From Raillietiella orientalis (lineage: Eukaryota), in the NCBI GenBank assembly GCA_036172245.1, contig JAYWIR010000001.1:11594001-11658000 (forward strand): a DNA stretch of 64,000 nucleotides. The letters are read 5' to 3'. Made by a program: the position numbers and the translations under genes. The notes beneath the pieces were generated by a model. The model saw only the letters and a list, made by a program, of their open reading frames with translations. It searched no databases and had not been told where the DNA came from. Below are positions 55,900-64,000 of the stretch, in pieces. Positions within the stretch are counted from its first letter, which is position 1. Each line of letters starts with the position of its first letter.

Positions 55900-56150
55900 T
55901 ATCGGGTCTTGCAGTGTGACCCGACACATGCTCATGACTCGCACCTTCTAACATCCTCGAAGTGCGAGTCAGACGATGGCTGGGAGCCACGTCCACCACA
56001 GTGGAACGAGTCGGGTTGAACATCGTGCTTGGAGCCAGCCGGAAAACATAGCTGCAACAGGGAGGTCCTGCAGGGAAGGCGATTCATCGCGGGTGCCCAG
56101 CTCACTAAGCCACAGTACCATTCCACGCTGCTGCTAGGAAGCAAGTCATC
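55900..56150 (-). mobile_element. Decayed L1/Tx1-like ORF1 fragment
   Basis: MNRLP..SLL.L...HDVQPDSFHCGGRGS...RRCE resembles the QPxxCFxCGxxGH knuckle region. Confidence 0.35.
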
Positions 56151-56952
56151 CCGAAAAGAGCAGCGGGAAGACTCTTGGAGGATGAGGGACGCTTCAGAGC
56201 GAGGCGTCAGTCCCTTGGCCGCTGCCTCGCGTTCCCAAAATGCGATGGCTTACCCTCGTGGTGAGCTATTCTTGGGAGAATCTGGACTATTGTTGGGCTA
56301 TCCATCCTTGTCTACTCTCGGGATGTTCTCGGGAGACCCATCCTCGGCTACTCTTAGGATACTCTTGCGCGCCAGCACCAATATATATAGTTTTTTGTTC
56401 TTATCCTGGAAGACGCTGAAACGAGGCGGAAACGCAAAACACGAAGAGGACTGGTAACGTGGTAGGGCCACCTATCCTACCACAACAGTTGTAAGTTTTA
56501 CTGAGGTATTGGTAAACGCCCAACCGGACACCGCGAAATCCGTTGAGATCAGGGACTCCCACACCACGAAGCGCCACGCACCGGGCGGCAAGGGCGCCGG
56601 GGGCGAATGCGCGCCGCACGCTGCGTCCGAAGGAGGAGTCGCCGTGCCTCCTGCGAGTCCACCCGATCTGGCGTGCGCCTGTGAAGCAGCGGCTTCTCCC
56701 AGAACACTGCACTTCGCCGTAAGGGTGTCTCTGATGACGCAGTCTCCCTCCTCCTCCTCCCTTCCTTCCTCCTTCTGCCTTCCTTCTCCTTCCTTCTTCC
56801 TCCCTCCTCCTCCTGCTATCTCATATAGAAGGGGATGCTTGATGGAGTACCCTACTGCGCTCTTCATTTGACACCCCTGCGTCCGCCGTGAGAGCGTACC
56901 CCTCCCATTGGACTGTGCCTGGGGCGACCGTAATAGCTGGACCGGAAGGAGG

Positions 56953-57499
56953 TTTTTTCTTTTTCTTTCGCTAAATGCCTCAAAAACCTTCGTTCGCAGG
57001 GTGGTTCGCAGGGTCAAGCCCTTTGACACCGTTCCACGCCCCCAGGGATGCGTGTTAACTCTGCTTCAAGTTAGGGGGTGTCCAGGGAGGGCTCCATCCT
57101 GGGAGGGATCCCCGAAGGGAACCACCTCTTCCTCGTTCTCTCCGGTGGGGTCCCCAAGTGGGACCGCTCCATTTTTCCTTCTCCCACAAGAACCCGGATC
57201 TGCTCCTTGCTCCTCCTTCTGAAGGGAAACCCGAAGGGAGGTTTCCAGATTTTCTCTGAAGGGCGCTCCCCGAAGGGAGCAGCGCGCTTCCTACACTGTG
57301 GAGAGGCATCATCAATCCACCACCTCCATGGAACGAGTTAGAGGATCCCCCTCCGAGGGGGGGAGATGGCTCCATTTTCACAACCGGAGTGGAACTCCGA
57401 AGGGTTCTTTGATTTCTGGAAGGACTCCGGAAGGTCAGCTTCCCATCCCGGCCAGTCTACTGGGGCATCCGGCTTCCAGTTTCCACCACTGCTGTACCC
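56953..57499 (-). mobile_element. Long SINE-like element, copy B, body/tail half
   Basis: gaagggaaccacctcttcctcgttctctccgg matches the reverse complement of ~63218-63250; collinear with 52740-53280; homology stops at 57499 where the RT sequence begins. Confidence 0.8.
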
Positions 57500-59478
57500 A
57501 CCATGCGCTCATCAGCATCTCTTTTAGAGGACAGACGGTGCACGGCGTGCGGGTGCAACGCGGGATACAGCAGGGCGGCGTCCTGAGCCCCCTGCTTTTT
57601 AACACCTATTTCGAATTGGTGCTGAAGGTATACAGGGAGACTCTGGCTCTCCAGCCGCGTGTATGTCCCGGCATGCCTGCCGCCTCAGCATACGCGGACG
57701 ATCTTCTGCTGCTGCACACCATCTCCACCCCAGCATGCGCACTCGATGATTTCTTCGAGTTGCTCAGCTGCTGGACAGTCCTGTTGGTACACAGGGCAAA
57801 GTCGTCCGCGGTTCCAGTTGGTGCGGTGGGCAGAGCGGCCGAGCTAGATCCACCTGGGGATCCCCCACGGACTGGTTCTTAAAGTACCTGGACGTTCCAT
57901 TTGGTACTTCTGCTCCGCAGAAGCCTGGTCTGGCCGTCTTCAGAAAGCCCTGCAGTTTCAAAGAGTCAGGTAAAACCAGCCTGAACGGGCAGTGGTGTGG
58001 AACACGTTTATGGCCACCCTCCTCCGTCCCTTGCTTTTTGTTTTCCCCCTGCCATGCAGCATTAGAAAGCGGACAAAGGACCTCCTCCGAATCCGGATCG
58101 CCCTCTGTGGCAAAATGAGGCCCTGAGTCCGCCTAAAGGACTTATGTGCTCCGCGCCGGGACGGTGGGCTAGACCTCCTCCTGACTCTGGAGAGAATGGG
58201 ACTGCAGCTCCAGTTTCGAACACTTTGCCTCGTGGCAAACCTCTGGAGCACCACCTGGTACCAACCTGCACGTCTTCTCGTCCAGAAAACCACCAGCAGT
58301 GTGGGACTCACGTACCTGAGCGCTGTCCACGCAGCCTCATCCACTGCGGACTGCACCTTCGGCAGGCGGCCACTCTGGCGAGGATAAACACCGGATGGAT
58401 CTCGTCCCATCCCGTGAACGGTAGTGCCTGGCTGCAGAAAATCGTTGGCACGTGGGCGAGGACCCAGGGGCCAAGTGCGGAACAGGTGCGACGTTTCCTG
58501 TACGCGGTGACAACAACTGCACGCTCCGGAAGATCCTGGAAGATCCCGTGAAGAGTGCATGGGCGAACAAACCTCCCTCACCGCAGCGCTGCTCTTCCTG
58601 AGGGAATTCCATGGGCATCAGCCTCACGACGAGATGGGAGGTTACCGTGGAAATCTGCGGAAGGAGAAAAAGACTGGGCGAGTGGACGACGGGCCAGCAC
58701 CGACGTGGCGATCCCGAGTGCTCGACCTCGTGGACTTTTGCGCTTGGGCGTGCTACTGAATATTCTAGAGGAATACCTGAAGTGGCCCCCGGTGCTTATG
58801 AACACCCGCACCCTCCCCTTAAAGTGGCAGGAGTCGGAATTGTTGCTGCTGTACTGAGCCTCCCGTGCAACGCCCGCCGGAATCTGTGGATACGGGTATG
58901 TGTGAGCCCAAACTGTGCAAGCTGTGGGAGCGGGAATCCCTATTGCACCTCCTAGCGGACTGTGTTGCCCTCCGGCCCCCTTGGGGACGCTTGGCCACCA
59001 CCCTTGCAACCCCCAGAGGCAACGCCAGAGACGTTGTAAAGCGCTTCTTCCTGAGGGACGCCCTCAGCCGGCAGCATCCCCAGCAGCACTGCGCTGCCCA
59101 CGCGGTGGGACCGTGGCTGCATGGAGCAACGCCGGAGGAGGCCAGAACGACAGATACGCAGTCTATTTTGCTGTCCTTTTTCATGAGGACAGAGCCAAGA
59201 TGGTTCCATCTGGGAGTGTTGAAACAGGAACCTAACGGCATCCTTACAAGGATGCAGAAGACGCCCTCTAGCACAGTGATCCCTTCCCGAACCTCCCCCT
59301 CCATTTTTTAAATGCATTTTTGTTTTGTTTTGTTTTCTTTTTGTTTGTCTCTCCTTCCCCTGTGCTGCCGAGGCGAATCCTGCTGGCCTGCTCATCAGAT
59401 CCCGGCAGGTTCCTTTTCGTATTCATAAGTAATGTGGCAGGATCAAACGTTCTCCTATAGACATGTTTTATAAATAAA
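57500..59478 (+). mobile_element. 5'-truncated, frameshifted L1-clade (Tx1-like) non-LTR retrotransposon
   Basis: RT motifs RGIQQGGVLSPLLFN and AYADDLLL. Later frames give LKYLDVPF, ERAVVWNTFMAT, APRRDGGLDL and zf-RVT-like LCKLWERESLLHLLADC. Stop at 59311, T-rich UTR, ends ATAAATAAA at 59478. Confidence 0.88.
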
Positions 59479-59675
59479 CGCACCGGCGTGACCGGGTGTC
59501 AACCAGTGTCGCATCTGAAGCCTATAGGCCAACCAGCTCATCTCGCGGGAGGAAGTCTAACCCACGACGCACCCTCCATCTCTCGGAGCCCATCGACCCT
59601 TCCCCCCGGCTGGGATTCGCACCCGCAACGCCTGGTGCCGCGCGCAGAGGGCCTCAGCCGCACGACCTCCTACCG
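59479..59675 (-). mobile_element. Long SINE-like element, copy B, tRNA-derived head half
   Basis: Reverse complement GGTCGTGCGGCTGAGG-CCCTCTGCGCGCGGC...GGGTGCGAATCCCAGCC has A-box- and B-box-like motifs; cctataggccaaccag... aligns with 53285-53340 and 61561-61605. Confidence 0.75.
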
Positions 59676-61344
59676 AAAGGAGGGTCGACTCCTCGAGCAG
59701 ATGCCTCCCTGGAAGGGTTGTTTCATTCGGGGCGGCGGGCAGTCGATGAAGAGGAAGGCCGAAAAGCGGGATGCCTTGGCGACGGGATGACCTCGACCCG
59801 TCCCCGGCTCGCACTCGGAGCGGGGAAGAAGTCCGTCTTGCCATACGCCCACGAGCGCTTGCCGTCGGCCGATTCCGGCAGGAGGCGCCGGTACTGCGCG
59901 GCGAGCCAGATGGGACGGAGTCGCACGGAAGGCGACTACGGTTGCCGTGGTCGACGGCGGGACGGCGTCCGCCGGAATTCGGACCGCGCTAACGCGCGGC
60001 GTCTACGACCCTTCTGCTGAAGGGCAACCGGTCCTGAAGACGGGTGGCGCTTGATCGAACGACTCGCCACGGGGGACGCTGCACTCGAAAGGGAGGTCAC
60101 GGGTCCTTCCGGAGGCGTCTCCACCGCAGCGGGCCTCGGAGACGGCAGGAGACGCTCCAGAAGGATCCCAGAGAGTCCGAGCCAGGATTTCCGGGAGCTT
60201 CGGGAATCGACTGAACCGCACCCGGAGACCGTTCGCACGGAACCTACCCGCCCGTCGGCGGTCGAGGAACCTGTCGGGAGCCGGGAGGAGCCTTCCCTGG
60301 AGGTCGGGTCTCGGGTTCTGCGAGCCAAGGCGACAGACCCCGGGCGCCCCAGCAGGCGCAACGGATCCCCACTTCCCATCCTGCCGCCCATGGCAACCAG
60401 TGCCTCCCACGGGATCTGGTGAGAGTTGCGCCGGACCAGCCTTCCGTGACCTCGCGTTTGGTTCGTCCCACGTGCCAGCCCTGCGCAGCAAACTGGCCCG
60501 CCGGATCCCAGCGTCCCAGCAGCTCCCCCGCCCCTCAGAAGCTCGAGGGGAACGGGGGGGCCATTTCGACCCCCGATCATCCGCTCATGCCTCCCCCTTC
60601 TATCGCTCTTCCCTCTTCGACAGTCACCGGGGAAACTCCCTAGCGGAACTTCGGAGCTGCGGGGTCTTCCGTCCCTCTTGCTTCCAGCCCCCATAACTGC
60701 TTCGCATGTCGCGGTCGCTGCGAATCCCCGCCAGCTCCCCCTCTGGCTTCGCCCTGAACCGGGGGAAGGAGAGGTTACGGCCCCCAAGGGCGGTTGGAAG
60801 GCCCGGACGTCACCTCCATCCTCAGGGGGGAAGCAGCTGTGGCGGCCGTGCAGCCCGAGCGAGACCGGCCCACCGCAGCCCTCGCCGGGCGCACGCGGGC
60901 CGCTTGGAGACCGCCGCTAGCCGTCTCGATCGCCCGCTACGGCTTGGAGGAAGGAAGGAGGGTGCTCTGATTGGAGGAGCCGCCGTCACTGCCGGGGGGC
61001 CCGGCGACCGGGTCTCCGGCCTCGATTCCGATACAAACGGTACACTCCGAGAGAGTTGCCTCTGACCTTCGGGACCCCCGCGGCCGAGTCCGAGGACAAG
61101 GTTGCTCGCCCTCGAGAGCCTCCTCCACCCCGGTCGAGTGGACCTCCTCTTGCAAGGCGAATGGTCACCTGACCTTCGGTAGTTCGGGGAACGGGTCGGG
61201 GTGCGGTGCGTCGAGAGGTTCCTGCTGCGTCCGAAGCTACCAGACGCCAGCCTCTTCAGGCGATCGCCACAGGCGATCCTAGATCTCGAATCGCACGATC
61301 GTCGGTCGGGTCCCACTACTCCAGGGCTGCGCGCGCCGCAGATG

Positions 61345-61690
61345 TGCCGTGCTTCTCTGCACTCTCTGCACTCTCTGGCGGCACGCCTATTCCATCAGTA
61401 CGACGCGGAGGGTCCCCCTCGAAGGAAGGGGGTTCGCTCCTTTACACAACCGGAAGGAAACTACCCACTCCTTGATTCCTGGAAGGAGCTGGAGGTCGAC
61501 TCCCATTGTCGGCCTGTCGGTTTCAGCGCTACCAGTGCCACCGCACCCGGATGGACAGAAGCCAACCAGCGTCATCTCGCGGGAAGAACTCGAACCCACG
61601 ACGCACTGCGTCGATTCCTTGCGGAGTATTCGAACCCGCGACTGGTGCCACGCGCGGAGACCGCAGCAGCCACCCGGTCTCCGACGAGGA
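61345..61690 (-). mobile_element. Long SINE-like element, copy D (head plus partial body)
   Basis: Reverse complement has GGGTTCGAATAC (B-box) and a second GGGTTCGAGTT; cacaaccgga...ttgatt(c/t)ctggaagga matches 57377-57424. Confidence 0.75.
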
Positions 61691-62824
61691 CTTCTTCCTG
61701 CAATTTCGCTAAGCGCTGATTTGGAGATCCGCGAGAGTTGCTGCGAGGGAACGGACGTCTCTTCACTTCGTCGGGGTGCCAGTCGGCGGCTCGCGTGGTC
61801 ATTTCTGAGTCATTCTCATTCGAATTCGCCTGTAGGCTGCGATCGGAACGCAATTTTCGCATTTCGGGTTGACCCAAAGTTGTCGGGGTGGGGGGATGGG
61901 GATGAATTCTTTCGCTTCGGCAAGAGACTGCCGCCGCCGCAATCATTGGTCTTTCTCACGCGGAAAACGCCTGCGTGCCTTCTCAGGAAGTCATCCCTCC
62001 GAAGAGAAAGCGGCTAACGGAAGGTGGTCGATTCCGTCGAGCCACCACACAGTACCCGCTCCCGCGGACACCCTAGGGCGCGCGACCACGACCTGTAAAC
62101 CTGTTGCACCCACGGCGACTACGCAACACACCTGCCCGACACCTCCCAAGCGCTCCTATCTAGTCAACAGTCGCTTACGAGGAAGCTCCTTCAGTGAGTT
62201 GCTGTGGCGGTCTCCAGGGAGCTGCCCCTCCCTTTCCGCTTGCACTTTGTGTTTCTTTGCTTTCTCTTTTCAAGAGGAGCTTCGACACGGTGAAGGAGCT
62301 TGGCAAAGACACGAACAGAATACTCCTCCTTTCCGAGTGGCACGGGGTGTTGCCCGGGGGAGGAGGATTCTGTTTTTCGTTGCGACTCGGTGACACCAGC
62401 AGCGAGCCTCTTCAGGGTTTCTTTCATCCTCCCCCCCCAAAGTACGCAAAGATTATTTCCGGTTAGAACCCCGCTCTTCCTTCCTGTGAAACCGGCCTGC
62501 TGAGAACTTGAAGATGGGGAGAGTCGCAGCCTCCACCTTCCCAGACCACATCCTAGGAGGTTCCTGCCGTCTGGATGCTGGACGCACCGGCATCGTTTCG
62601 GTGGGCGTATAGTGCCAGAGCACCCGCGGCAGGGCCGGCGAGGACAACTACCGCGTGAGCGCCAAGGTGCTCCCCTTAGAGTGCACGAAGAGGAGACGCA
62701 CCCAAGGACAGCTGGAAAGTCAGAGCGGACGCGCCGCGGACTCTAGGCGAAGCTACTCTTCCTGAGCTCCGGGCGGATTCTTCTCCGCCTCCAGGAAAAC
62801 CGCACTCGCCTTCCCGAAGGAGCA

Positions 62825-63528
62825 CGGGAGAAAAAGCCACACGCCGAGAAATAGGGGGGTGCGGCGTAGGCTTCGAGTTGCTTCGGGATGCCAAGATGGC
62901 GTCGGTTGGTCCATTCGGTGAAAGCAGCTGCTGAGTGGCCAGGATTGAAAGTGAACCTTCTGGGGTCCTTCCAGGAATCAAAGAGCTCCGGTTCCCTTCA
63001 GGGTTTTCCCTCCAGGGGTGGACCTTCGTGCTATGGGGTTAGTGGACTGAAGATGTCTCTCCAGAGTGCGAAGTGCGCTGCCTCCTTCGGGGAGCGTTCT
63101 TAAAGAGAAATTTGGAAATGTCCTTTCGAGTGCTCTTCAGAGGAGGACGGAACAGGGAAAGGATCCCTTGCAGGTTCCCTTGAGTCTTCTTCCCACCGGG
63201 GAGAACCCGAGAGATCCCTCCGGAGAGAACAAGGAAGAGGTGATTCCCTTCGTAGTTCCCCACCAAGAGCAAGAGGAACTGACTCCTTTCCTCCGGATCC
63301 CTTCCTGGATTCACAAGGTGCTCCCTACGAGATTGCCCCCTAACCTGAAGAGTCACACGCTCCCTCAGGTGGCGTGGGCATCGTTGAAGAAGAGCTTCGC
63401 CAGCTCCCCCTGAGGAGGCGAGCTGTCCTTCAGCACTTGGTGAACCAAAAAGAAGAGAACTGAAAAGCACACATACAAAAAAAAGCTGGAAGAACAGAAG
63501 AAACCCAAAGGATTCCCGTCTCAATAAA
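62825..63528 (+). mobile_element. Long SINE-like element, copy C (opposite orientation, A-rich tail with AATAAA)
   Basis: Reverse-complement homology to copies A and B along its length; ends cccaaaggattcccgtctcAATAAA. Confidence 0.8.
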
Positions 63529-64000
63529 GATCTGGTGGACCGCGCGTCCGGGAAGCGGAGCAGCACCGTTCGGGGCTCCTGCAAGGACCGACAGGGAGGG
63601 AGAGCCCCCGACGACTTCCCGGCATGGGGCGCGCGCACGGAAAAGGAAACGACCTCGAGGCGCTCACAAACGTGCCTGGCCTCCGGGCACGACGCGAGCC
63701 AAGGGAAGGCCACGTCCTGCATCGGGCAGCATCGTCGTGCTCCGGGGCATTTCCTGTTCCGCGGCGAGCAGCCTCGGTTCGCAGGTGGACGGCGGATCGA
63801 GGAAGCAACGCGGACAAGAGGAGAGCTGGACGAGTCGAACCACGTGGACGAGTCGCTGCCGCCACTCACCAGCCGTTTCTTGGAGTGCGTGAGCGTCGGG
63901 CGCGTGACCGCAGACCCGGGGTCACCACGCAGACAAAAGAGGAGGAGAACGACCAACCTATGCGGTTAAAGTGGCGGCCAATTAAGGATTGCTGGTTTAA

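Noticed and set aside
56960-57085. FLSLNASKTF...KPFDTVP...LQVRGCP read as the upstream RT motif (DxxKAFDxV) of the adjacent LINE
   Set aside because: This DNA aligns with SINE-like copies A and C, so it belongs to the repeat; the peptide resemblance is probably coincidental.
59385-59425. Hammerhead ribozyme core (CTGATGA on the minus strand; also plus-strand CTGATGA near 25975, 51763 and 56731)
   Set aside because: No stem II followed by GAAA and no stem III/UH arrangement at any of these sites.
59600-59675. Functional tRNA gene (also at 61620-61690)
   Set aside because: Acceptor and anticodon stems do not pair properly and the boxes are mutated; it is the head of a dispersed repeat.

Overview
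Eukaryotic, very GC/CpG-rich genomic DNA, probably protostome/arthropod (inferred from gene content and motifs). The first 12.8 kb holds two intact three-exon Hairy/E(spl)-family bHLH-Orange repressor genes arranged head-to-head: a hairy-like gene on the minus strand (CDS 3137->2062, ending WRPWY) and a deadpan-like gene on the plus strand (CDS 9838->12521, ending WRPW). Each has an Inr plus a DPE-consensus GGTCG at exactly +28, and a K-box just after the stop codon. The hairy-like 3' UTR also has a GY-box. The shared 6.2 kb intergenic region carries many Su(H)/CSL sites, including a 16-bp-spaced paired site (SPS). In the remaining ~51 kb I recognise no further genes. It contains decayed L1/Tx1-like LINE fragments, four copies of a long tRNA-headed SINE-like element with an internal ~40-bp minisatellite (one copy split by a LINE), inverted repeats around purine/pyrimidine tracts, simple repeats and a few enhancer-like motif clusters. 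Nearly all other ORFs in the track look like GC-composition artefacts. All alignments were done by eye; no database searches were run.
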